Positions 7,539-14,922 of a stretch of DNA of 15,147 bases are shown one piece after another. Source of the stretch: a virus (taxonomy: Duplodnaviria > Heunggongvirae > Uroviricota > Caudoviricetes); IMG/VR virus record IMGVR_UViG_2837719392_000001. One strand, written 5' to 3'. The position numbers were made by a program, and so were the translations under genes. Position 1 is the first letter of the stretch; each line of letters starts with the position of its first letter. The notes beneath the pieces were generated by a model. That model saw only the letters and a list, made by a program, of their open reading frames with translations. It was not told the DNA's origin and did not search any database.

Positions 7539-7690
7539 GGGTGCTTCCTGCTCAGAGCTTCTCTCCCTCTAGAATGAAAGGTGGGAACGAGCCCCTGTTT
7601 TTATCGAATGTTTTTATAAATTATGTAAGAACAGTTAGGGCAATGGCGAGCTTCCTTGGAAGCTCTGGGTGGGAGCACCTCCGTGCTCTA
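7539..7690 (+). ncRNA. 6S RNA-like long hairpin with central bubble
   Basis: ~21-bp closing stem 7540-7561/7659-7679 with 3 G-U pairs favouring the plus strand; central bubble; apical stem GCCC-CTGTTTTT/AAGAACAG-TTAGGGC; alternative release-type hairpin 7648-7654/7659-7665. Confidence 0.45.
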
Positions 7691-7714
7691 CTTTAATGCA
7701 AAAGTTGGCTTTCG

Positions 7715-7845
7715 TAATAAAAAATTATCATTTTTATCCATATTTAGCCTTCTAATGATAAAAAATTATCACTCATATCACAAAAATAGTGTTTCTATCA
7801 TAAAAAGTAAGCTTTTGAGCCAAAGTGAGTGGTAAAAAAATATCA
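7715..7845. repeat. Three copies of the 16-bp palindrome TGATAA-N4-TTATCA
   Basis: 7715-7730 TAATAAAAAATTATCA, 7756-7771 TGATAAAAAATTATCA (perfect), 7830-7845 TGGTAAAAAAATATCA. Confidence 0.7.
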
Positions 7846-7870
7846 TTTCTGTACAAATTAAAGAAATATC

Positions 7871-8100
7871 TATTCTTATATAATAGAAATATTCTTCTCT
7901 TACATCAGTAAAAGTTGTTTACTTTTGTAATATATTTCTTCTTATGTAATAGTAAAAGTTATTCACTTCTGTAACAGAAAAGTTAATTCATACATAAAGA
8001 GAAAAGTTTGATAGGGTTTTGATAGATTTTAGATAGTATTATTTTTTCTTTTGTATATAAATATAAGTTAAATAGATTATAATTAGGTTTTATAAGGTAT
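7871..8100. repeat. Very AT-rich region with iteron-like direct repeats; putative origin or protein-binding array
   Basis: ~20% GC. AGTAAAAGTTGTTTACTTTTGTAA(7907-7930) vs AGTAAAAGTTATTCACTTCTGTAA(7951-7974); AGAAAAGTT at 7976 and 8000; TTCTTAT(A/G)TAATAG at 7873 and 7939. Confidence 0.5.
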
Positions 8101-8124
8101 TGCACTTATAATAGAATAATAGTT

Positions 8125-8165
8125 TTCTCAGAGAAGGTTACAGAGGCGTTCTCATTCTCAGAGAA
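8125..8165. repeat. Two copies of the palindrome TTCTCAGAGAA
   Basis: Exact copies at 8125-8135 and 8155-8165 (30-bp period). Confidence 0.7.
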
Positions 8166-8371
8166 TACTTTTTTTGTCTATATAATTCAAGTTATGCTTG
8201 AGTTGGGAGCATATAGTGAGGGTTTTATAGGAGTGATTATTAACATAAATTAACAAAAATAAGTCACATCTCAAGTTATACTTGAATAAGACAGAAAATA
8301 TATCTTTTGTTGGGATGTTTATCAAGATTATTTTGAGTATTGTTTTAGAAAACAGATGTTTTTGTTAGTTT

Positions 8372-8401
8372 TTCTCATAACATTAGTAATAGTGGTATAA
8401 T
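8372..8401 (+). promoter_or_regulatory. Antisense promoter into the 3' end of the 8428-8616 ORF
   Basis: TCTCA(8373-8377)-18 nt-TATAAT(8396-8401) with TG extended -10. Confidence 0.55.
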
Positions 8402-8425
8402 AAAAGAGCAGGGACAAGTCCCCGC
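8402..8425 (-). terminator. Terminator of small ORF A
   Basis: Minus-strand GCGGGGA-CTTG-TCCCTGC followed by TCTTTT, 3 nt after the stop. Confidence 0.65.
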
Positions 8426-8427
8426 GT

Positions 8428-8616
8428 TTATTGCCTTTTCTGGCTCTTGTAGAATGTATCTACTAAATTGATTGTTACATCGGCAGTGATTGTAAGAACT
8501 AATGTGTCGAGAGGTAACATTTGTAGTGTTGTGAGCCATTCTATGATGTCCACTAAAATAATGAACAGAATGGCTTTCCAACTTTTCTTCAAGGCAGACA
8601 ACAGTCTGCTTGCCAT
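8428..8616 (-). CDS. Small hydrophobic peptide A (62 aa), type I toxin-like
   Basis: GGAGG SD sequestered in a 9-bp hairpin (8630-8638/8647-8655); hydrophobic helices; basic C-terminus; own promoter and terminator. The SD-ATG spacing is long (13 nt). Confidence 0.55.
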   Translation of the reverse strand: MASRLLSALKKSWKAILFIILVDIIEWLTTLQMLPLDTLVLTITADVTINLVDTFYKSQKRQ

Positions 8617-8656
8617 AAAGACATTTTCACCTCCGTCGTTTGGAAGCGACAGAGGT

Positions 8657-8696
8657 ATTTTATTATATATATAAGTTAAATTCAAGTTATGCTTGA
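8657..8696 (-). promoter_or_regulatory. Promoter of peptide A with the operator over the -35
   Basis: TTGAAT-17-TAAAAT on the minus strand; palindrome 8682-8696 overlaps the -35. Confidence 0.65.
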
Positions 8697-8901
8697 GTCT
8701 AGACTGCATAAAAAGAGCTTATATAGATATAAAGTTGTCTATAGCGTATGTTCAATACAAGTTTATACTTTAAAAATACCTATAACACCATCTTTTTTTG
8801 TATGTGAGTTAGCTTAGACTAATATAGTTTGAAGAGCGTTGAGGAACCCCGTTATCGACGGTGTTATGAACAGTGTTATATGTTAAAGAGACAACATTCA
8901 T

Positions 8902-8941
8902 ACAAGTTATACTTGAATATGCCTACATTATTACATAAAAT
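8902..8941 (+). promoter_or_regulatory. Promoter of peptide B with the operator over the -35
   Basis: TTGAAT(8913-8918)-17-TAAAAT(8936-8941); palindrome 8902-8916; leader hairpin GCGTACCAG/CTGGTACGT follows. Confidence 0.65.
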
Positions 8942-8974
8942 AAAAGCGTACCAGCTCTAAATATATCTGGTACG

Positions 8975-9178
8975 TTGGTGATTATTATTTTAGGCGGTTG
9001 TTCGCAGGTACTTTTTCATATGTGCCTTCAATTCGCTATTCAATATATCACCGATATATTCCACCTCAATGACTACCAAGGAATTGTCGTGGAAGTTATC
9101 GTGATTGCAATGGTGAATATTGTTGTCATAATAATTAACAATTTAAGAAATGACACTGGACAACAGGCCGAAAAGTAG
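8975..9178 (+). CDS. Small hydrophobic peptide B (52-67 aa, start uncertain), type I toxin-like
   Basis: Strong TM segment IVVEVIVIAMVNIVVIII; promoter upstream; weak hairpin plus T6 downstream; no clear SD (possible starts TTG 8975, GTG 8978, ATG 9020). Confidence 0.5.
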   Translation: MVIIILGGCSQVLFHMCLQFAIQYITDIFHLNDYQGIVVEVIVIAMVNIVVIIINNLRNDTGQQAEK

Positions 9179-9206
9179 GGAACATACAAGATTTCCCCGC
9201 TTTTTT

Positions 9207-9235
9207 ATTATAGCATAATAAATAGTATATTGAGA
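9207..9235 (-). promoter_or_regulatory. Antisense promoter into the 3' end of the 8975-9178 ORF
   Basis: Minus-strand TCTCA-18 nt-TATAAT with TG extended -10; same geometry as 8372-8401. Confidence 0.55.
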
Positions 9236-9247
9236 GGTTTTGTCTTA

Positions 9248-10573
9248 TTAAACATATGGTGTAATCAACCAATCAATCAAATTAATAGATTTAATACCAT
9301 CATAAGAAGTATCTAAGCCTGTATTTAAAGAAAGAACAATTTTTTCATAGTTATCCTTTATTTTTTGAAGTGGTGTTAATTCTCTATCTCGTACTTCTTC
9401 ACTTTCCATTGATTCAGTAACTTGAATATAAAGTTTCTCATCAGTCTTGGTGGCGATAAAATCTACTTCTAAATTGTCAACCTTTCCTATAGAAACATCA
9501 TAACCTCTACGAAGCAACTCTAAATAGACAACATTTTCTATAGCATGTCCACTATCTCTGTTTCTGACACCTAACAGGTAATTTCTAAGTCCAATATCAA
9601 CGATATAGTATTTACCAAGTGTTCTTAAGAATTCTTTACCTTTGATATCAAATCTTTTGATATCATAAAAAAAGTATGATTCTAACAATGCATTTATATA
9701 AGCTTGAACCGTATGAGTACTTGGATTACCTTTTCGTTTCCCATCCTCAAGAAGCCCTTCATTGACTAGAGTGTTACCAATAGAAGAAACAGAAATATTG
9801 TTGCCTATATTATCTGCTAAAAATAGAATAATCTTTTTTAGAAGAACTGGGTCAGTAATTCTTTTTTGTCCTCTTCGATTTTCTCTCTCAAGAATATCTC
9901 TCATAATAACCGTAGAATAAATACCCTCAAGTAATACAAATGCTTTTTCTTGGTCAAGTCCTACATCAGCAATACCTGGCATTCCACCAAAACGCATATA
10001 AGCTTCAAAAAGTTCTTGAAGGTCATAATATTCCCCGTTTTTATCAACAACTTGTTTGCGCGTGCCTCCTAAAGCACTTTTTCTTTCCCTAACTTCGAAA
10101 TCATGAAATATTATAAATTCCATAAATGATAGAGGTAATACCTTAATTTCTATACATCTTCCTGACAAATAAGTTGCATATTCAGAGGAAAGCATATAAG
10201 CATTAGAGCCAGTTACATAGATATCGCAATTGAAATCAACACGGAAAGAGTTAATAGCATCTTCCCAGTTTGGAACTCTTTGTACTTCATCAAAGAAAAG
10301 ATACATTCTTTTGTTAGGTATAATGTGTTGTTTAACATATTCATAGAAAGATTCACTATTCATATCCTTATAGGCATGAGATTCAAAATTCATTTCAAGT
10401 ATCTGGTCATCATTAATCCCGCTTTCTTTTAAATGTAGAATCATAAGCTTTAATAGACTGGATTTTCCACATCTACGAATTCCTGTTACGACTTTGACAG
10501 GCTCAGTGTCTTGAAATGCTATGATTTTATTCAAATATAAATCTCTTTTTTTGAGTTTATGACTATCAATCAT
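9248..10573 (-). CDS. AAA_14-family ATP-binding protein with C-terminal DUF4143 domain, 441 aa
   Basis: Walker A GIRRCGKS, Walker B FFDEVQ, TGSN motif, FGGMP, C-terminal ENVVYLEL...EVDFIA; GGAGGT RBS. Confidence 0.9.
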   Translation of the reverse strand: MIDSHKLKKRDLYLNKIIAFQDTEPVKVVTGIRRCGKSSLLKLMILHLKESGINDDQILEMNFESHAYKDMNSESFYEYVKQHIIPNKRMYLFFDEVQRVPNWEDAINSFRVDFNCDIYVTGSNAYMLSSEYATYLSGRCIEIKVLPLSFMEFIIFHDFEVRERKSALGGTRKQVVDKNGEYYDLQELFEAYMRFGGMPGIADVGLDQEKAFVLLEGIYSTVIMRDILERENRRGQKRITDPVLLKKIILFLADNIGNNISVSSIGNTLVNEGLLEDGKRKGNPSTHTVQAYINALLESYFFYDIKRFDIKGKEFLRTLGKYYIVDIGLRNYLLGVRNRDSGHAIENVVYLELLRRGYDVSIGKVDNLEVDFIATKTDEKLYIQVTESMESEEVRDRELTPLQKIKDNYEKIVLSLNTGLDTSYDGIKSINLIDWLITPYV

Positions 10574-10622
10574 TCGCTATACCTCCTTTAAGCCTAGTAT
10601 AGCATAAACTTTTTAAAAACTC

Positions 10623-10690
10623 AACTTTATGCACTGAAATGCAGAAAGTTCTATTATTTTACAATTATTTGCATTTGATAGCAGAAACTT
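10623..10690. repeat. Two related partly palindromic sites with 40-bp period upstream of the AAA gene
   Basis: AACTTTATGCACTGAAATGCAGAAAGTT(10623-10650) and AATTATTTGCATTTGATAGCAGAAACTT(10663-10690). Confidence 0.5.
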
Positions 10691-10920
10691 ACAAAAATGA
10701 AGTCTTTTTGTCAATTATCTACAATAATTTGATGATTGATAGGGGGTTTTGAATGTATTGAAACCTCCTCATCATCTCAATCAATCCTAAACAGAATGAT
10801 TTCGAGTAGAGTTTTGAAGGAATGTGTCTAGAAATCACTAAAAAATAGGGGTAAGACACACCATGACTATAAAAATGGGGAGATTTTTAGTATAATTTGA
10901 GGGTGAAAGGAGAATTAAAT

Positions 10921-11649
10921 ATGAACCATAATGAGAAAAAAGCAATAATAAATGAAATAAAAAATGATATTCAAAAGGAAAAAGAAAAAATTTATAATGA
11001 AATAGAAGAAATAAAAAAAGAAAGAAATTTCAATAAGATAAATATGTTTTTGACTGTAGTTTCACTAGCAGTAAGTGCGTGGATAGGATTTCAAGCAAAT
11101 AATATAGCGACCACATCTAACGAAATTAGTTCTAGACAGGAACCTATTATAACAAATTATTTAGAGTCTAACGAAGAGGTTATTTATAATATTAATCATG
11201 ATAACGTATTATATGAAACAGTAGCAAAGAAACCAAAAATAGAGTTAATTCAAGGCTCATTAACAGAACTATATGGTGTTATTTGCTATGATAAGAAAAT
11301 ACAAAGTGTTAATGAAGTGGACAAAGAACAAAAAGACAATATGAAAGATGCAGATTTAGTTATCGTTAATTGGGGGATGAAAGATGCTTTTCAAATGGAA
11401 AATAACAAAACTTATGATTATGCATTTGTTTATTTAAAGGATGGTAATGGAAATAGCTATATAAATTTAGTATATGTTCAAATAGAATATAAAAATGGTG
11501 AATTTATATGTTCAAGTCCTCAAAAAATAGATGAAATAGAACTATTACAATATAATAGTGGATATCAATATGAAAATACTACATTTAAAGAAATGATAGA
11601 AGACTATCAATATGTTTTAGATGTGTTTAAGACAGTTAGAAATAAGTGA
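10921..11649 (+). CDS. Single-TM membrane protein with N-terminal coiled coil, 242 aa
   Basis: AAAGGAG RBS before ATG 10921; TM segment MFLTVVSLAVSAWIGF. Confidence 0.85.
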   Translation: MNHNEKKAIINEIKNDIQKEKEKIYNEIEEIKKERNFNKINMFLTVVSLAVSAWIGFQANNIATTSNEISSRQEPIITNYLESNEEVIYNINHDNVLYETVAKKPKIELIQGSLTELYGVICYDKKIQSVNEVDKEQKDNMKDADLVIVNWGMKDAFQMENNKTYDYAFVYLKDGNGNSYINLVYVQIEYKNGEFICSSPQKIDEIELLQYNSGYQYENTTFKEMIEDYQYVLDVFKTVRNK

Positions 11650-11789
11650 TGTTATCATTAGAAAATGCTAAAAGTTAATATCAAAACGAAGAAAACCAAG
11701 AGTTTTCTTTTTTTGTATTCAATTCAAAGAGAATTATTTTTGTATCAAATAGGATATAATATTTCTTATTTATTTAAGAAGGAAAATAT

Positions 11790-11940
11790 ATGAAAAGATA
11801 CGGATATGTCCAAGTTTCAAGCAAGGACCAGAATATAGCAAGGCAGAAAGAGGCCCTGCTTTTTATAATATCTACATAGATAAGCAATCGAGTAGATAAG
11901 CAATCTGGAAAGGATTTCAATAGAGATGAGTACAACAAAG
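11790..11940 (+). pseudogene. Serine recombinase (resolvase) N-terminal remnant
   Basis: MKRYGYVQVSSKDQNIARQ matches the YxRVS..Q...RQ motif with R>Q. IYIDKQSGKDFNR lies in another frame. A 13-bp tandem duplication (TAGATAAGCAATC, 11877/11893) and truncation are present. Confidence 0.8.
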
Positions 11941-12098
11941 ACTGTAAAGAGTAAGGTGTTCTACAGTCTTTTTCACACAGTATTAATAGATATCATGTTA
12001 AATTTGTTAACATCTTTAATATTTATGATTAGAAAGAAAGCTATTCTTTTAACTATGTTATACTTTTTCTGATTACTGTAGCTAATGAAAGGTATATT

Positions 12099-12298
12099 AT
12101 GAATAATGAAAAATTAATAGAGTATTTAAGGGGAATTGTTGAGATAGAAACAAGTCATTATGTTCAATCTGAACTCATAAAAAGATTAAAAAAAGAATTG
12201 AAAACTTGAATAAACTACCTCTAAGGATTCCAAAACCTATAAAAATGGAGAACCACAGATTTCTAGATATTGTAACGAGCAAGCTCAAAAAGAACTAG
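12099..12298 (+). pseudogene. Degraded hypothetical gene, frameshift at an A7 run
   Basis: GAAAGG RBS and extended -10 TGTTATACT. A 36-codon ORF stops at 12209; adding one A at 12188-12194 extends it only to 12298. Confidence 0.45.
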
Positions 12299-12554
12299 AG
12301 TTTATGAATCGTATGAACATTCAAGAAAGGGATGAAAAAAAGGTTTGAAAATCAATAAACGAAGTTAATTCTCTAATTGTTTTGTAGTTTTCTTTATGAT
12401 GAATACATGTTAATAACAAATATAACGAACTTTTTTCATTTTTGAAATTTAACATAAATAGCACAAAAGTGCATAAAAAAAGAATTAGAATAAGGTTGTA
12501 GAAAAAATATCGATATTAAAAACTACAAAATTCAATTATAGGAGGATTATTTTA

Positions 12555-14879
12555 ATGCAACCAAGAATTGATGAAATGGTATTAGAAGTTCAGAAATGGT
12601 TAAATAAAACATATGGTGATGATAGTAGATTTAATCGTGTTGAAGAAAATGGTAGAACAGGTTGGCCAACTATTTATGGGTTAAGACGTGCTTTGCAAAT
12701 TGAAATTGGTATCCAAGAAACAAGTGATAGTTTTGGCCCAACTACATATGCTAAATGTCCTAATATCAATCAAGGAGATGAAGGGAATTTAGTTTATATC
12801 GTACAAGGAGGATTATGGTGTAAAGGATATTCACCTGGAGGTTTTAATGGTTATTATGGGAATGGAACCTATGGAGCTGTTAAGGAATTAAAAGCAGATA
12901 TGGGCTTTCCAACTGCTTCTGGTAATATGAACAGAGACATTATGAAAGCATTATTGGATATGAGTGCATTCGTCTGTTTAGAAGGAGGAACAGATGCTAT
13001 TCGTTCTATTCAACAACAGTTAAATTATGATTATTACGATTATTATCAAATTTGTCCTTGTGATGGATTATATAATCGTGAAATGAACAAAATGTTGATT
13101 TATGCTTTACAAAAAGAATTAGGAATTTCAAAAAGTGAGGCAACAGGTACATGGGGTCCTACTACTACAAGTTTATGTAAGGAACAATCTTTCTCGTTAG
13201 GGACACAAGACCCTATTATTAAGTTGGTTAAGTATGCTACTGTATGTAATGGTTTTGTAATTGATACATCAACTTCATATTATGATGCTGAGCTAGATAG
13301 TGCATTGGAAGATTTTGCTGATTCATTATTAATCTCTAAACCAACAAATACTATTAATTATTCAATTATCAAGTCTTTATTAAGTAGTAATGGAGACCCA
13401 GATAGAAGTGCTAAGGGGTGTGACACAGCGACACAACTCACAACGGCTCAAATTAAGACTTTAAAATCAAATGGATTTGAAATTGTGGGTAGATATTTAA
13501 CAAAGGTAGAAGGTGGATTAAATAAAAATTTGACTGATGAAGAAATTAAAAGAATTTTGGATGAGGGATTGCGTATCTTTCCGATTTTCCAAGAAGATGG
13601 GGGTTCAAATTCTGCCTTTAGTTATGAAAGTGGTACTAAAAATGCAGAAAATGCATATAAGGCTGCTAAAGAATTTGGCATTCCTTATGGAACAACAATA
13701 TATTTTGCTGTTGATTACGACCCACAAGTAACGGAAATTGTAAATTATATCGTACCATATTTCCAAGGTGTTTGTGCAGTAATGAGCTCATATGGAAAAG
13801 CTTCATATAAAGTAGGAGCATATGGTACAAGAAATGTTTGTAATATTCTAAAACAAGAAACTGAAGTTACAACACTATTTGTATTAGATTCTTCATATGG
13901 ATTTAGTGGAAATCTTGGATTTACTATGCCAAAAGATTGGGCCTTTGACCAATTCTCTGTTGATTTGACATATGGCTCAGGTTCAGGTTCTGTTTCCGTT
14001 GATAAAGTAGCTTATTCTGGTAGAGATGATGGATTTTCAAAAGTGAATCCACAACGACAAAGTGATATTGAAAATGTATATTTTGTAATTAAAGACTTAT
14101 ACGAATTGGCCATGATACACACTGGACAAAACGTGAAAGAAAGTAATTTATGTGTTGCACAATATATTAGAGAAAAATCTCAATCATATCGAGGAACTCT
14201 TTGGGAGCTAACTGGAGGCAAATTAGATACAAATTATACTCAAAAAGCTGATGAAAGAGTTGACCAATCTAAAGGATATGATTTTAAAGACCCAGTTAGT
14301 GGAATGACGTATGACATTTATCATCTAATGGCTACTCTTAGTGCCGAACTATATCTTAGTGTAATACCAGGATTTGAGGATATTAATTGGGAAGTATTCG
14401 ACCCATTAGTAGATGTATTTGCTGGATGGGGCGGAGATTTGACTACATTTACTGCGGAAGTTAAGAATAAAGGTGGTTCTAATTATAGAAATTGGGCAAA
14501 AAATAATATTTGCAGTAAAACAGCAGATACGACATTCCCTTATGTAGATTATATTGCTGATATTGATGCATTCAATTTGGGATATTACATGGGAAGTCAA
14601 AAAAGTATTGCAGACGCATTTTATGATTATTTTATTGGTTCAAATTCTGAATTAGCAAAGAATAGAAGTGGTTTGTATGTTAAACAAGCTTATGGTGATT
14701 TTGATAGTTTTTCTGAAGCAGTTACAGTATTTCAAGAAGGAATGTTTCCAAATGTTGAGTTCATGGACCCAATGAAATATTTAAAAGAAAAACTATTAGA
14801 TGGCCAAGAATTACCTGAATTAGAGTATAGATTGGCTGCTGCAGATGCATTTATAGAATATGTTATATCTGAGTTGTAA
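12555..14879 (+). CDS. Peptidoglycan-binding domain + DUF1906 glycoside-hydrolase-like protein (B. subtilis YbfG/YkuG-like), 774 aa
   Basis: N-terminal DEMVLEVQKWLN..GRTGWPTIYGLRRALQIE..DSFGPTT repeats; central GCDTA..VGRYL..IFQ..IYFAVDYD..GAYG TIM-barrel motifs; AGGAGG RBS. Confidence 0.85.
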   Translation: MQPRIDEMVLEVQKWLNKTYGDDSRFNRVEENGRTGWPTIYGLRRALQIEIGIQETSDSFGPTTYAKCPNINQGDEGNLVYIVQGGLWCKGYSPGGFNGYYGNGTYGAVKELKADMGFPTASGNMNRDIMKALLDMSAFVCLEGGTDAIRSIQQQLNYDYYDYYQICPCDGLYNREMNKMLIYALQKELGISKSEATGTWGPTTTSLCKEQSFSLGTQDPIIKLVKYATVCNGFVIDTSTSYYDAELDSALEDFADSLLISKPTNTINYSIIKSLLSSNGDPDRSAKGCDTATQLTTAQIKTLKSNGFEIVGRYLTKVEGGLNKNLTDEEIKRILDEGLRIFPIFQEDGGSNSAFSYESGTKNAENAYKAAKEFGIPYGTTIYFAVDYDPQVTEIVNYIVPYFQGVCAVMSSYGKASYKVGAYGTRNVCNILKQETEVTTLFVLDSSYGFSGNLGFTMPKDWAFDQFSVDLTYGSGSGSVSVDKVAYSGRDDGFSKVNPQRQSDIENVYFVIKDLYELAMIHTGQNVKESNLCVAQYIREKSQSYRGTLWELTGGKLDTNYTQKADERVDQSKGYDFKDPVSGMTYDIYHLMATLSAELYLSVIPGFEDINWEVFDPLVDVFAGWGGDLTTFTAEVKNKGGSNYRNWAKNNICSKTADTTFPYVDYIADIDAFNLGYYMGSQKSIADAFYDYFIGSNSELAKNRSGLYVKQAYGDFDSFSEAVTVFQEGMFPNVEFMDPMKYLKEKLLDGQELPELEYRLAAADAFIEYVISEL

Positions 14880-14885
14880 AATTTG

Positions 14886-14922
14886 GGCTAAACGTGAAAT
14901 TTTATACGTTTAGCCTTTTTTT
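14886..14922 (+). terminator. Intrinsic terminator
   Basis: Perfect 10-bp stem GGCTAAACGT/ACGTTTAGCC followed by T7. Confidence 0.9.

Larger units (their letters stand above)
8187..8916. promoter_or_regulatory. Dispersed 15-bp palindromic operator TCAAGT-TAT-(A/G)CTTGA, four copies plus one degenerate
   Basis: 8187-8201, 8271-8285 (perfect), 8682-8696, 8902-8916; degenerate copy at ~8757-8772. Two copies overlap TTGAAT -35 boxes. Confidence 0.75.

Noticed and set aside
6900-7690. Group II intron, tmRNA, RNase P, SRP, T-box or tRNA identity
   Set aside because: No GTGCG 5' end or domain V, no tRNA-like CCA ends, no GAGGAAAGTCC, no SRP GGAAG-AGCAG loop, and GGTGGGAAC does not match the T-box UGGNACC.
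7574-7696. 40-codon ORF MKGGNEPLF.. in the 6S-like element
   Set aside because: No upstream SD; the MKGG start simply reads through an SD-like motif; base-pairing explains the sequence better.
7756-7771. Fur box
   Set aside because: Half-sites resemble Fur, but the spacing is 6-4-6 (16 bp) rather than 7-1-7, and no iron-related gene is adjacent.
8375-8674. Alternative ORFs 8375-8581(-), 8468-8674(+) and the 8709 start of ORF A
   Set aside because: No RBS; the 8709 extension runs through the promoter and operator. An 11-codon uORF at 8624 shares the SD and remains a caveat.
7715-8916. CRISPR array
   Set aside because: Repeats are short (11-24 bp) and irregularly spaced, lack unique constant-length spacers, and no cas genes are present.
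939-14600. Shadow ORFs 939-1130, 1515-1718, 2775-3002, 3010-3207, 3439-3681, 5665-5880, 13537-13731, 14406-14600
   Set aside because: Each overlaps a longer, RBS-supported gene in another frame or strand and has no independent signals.
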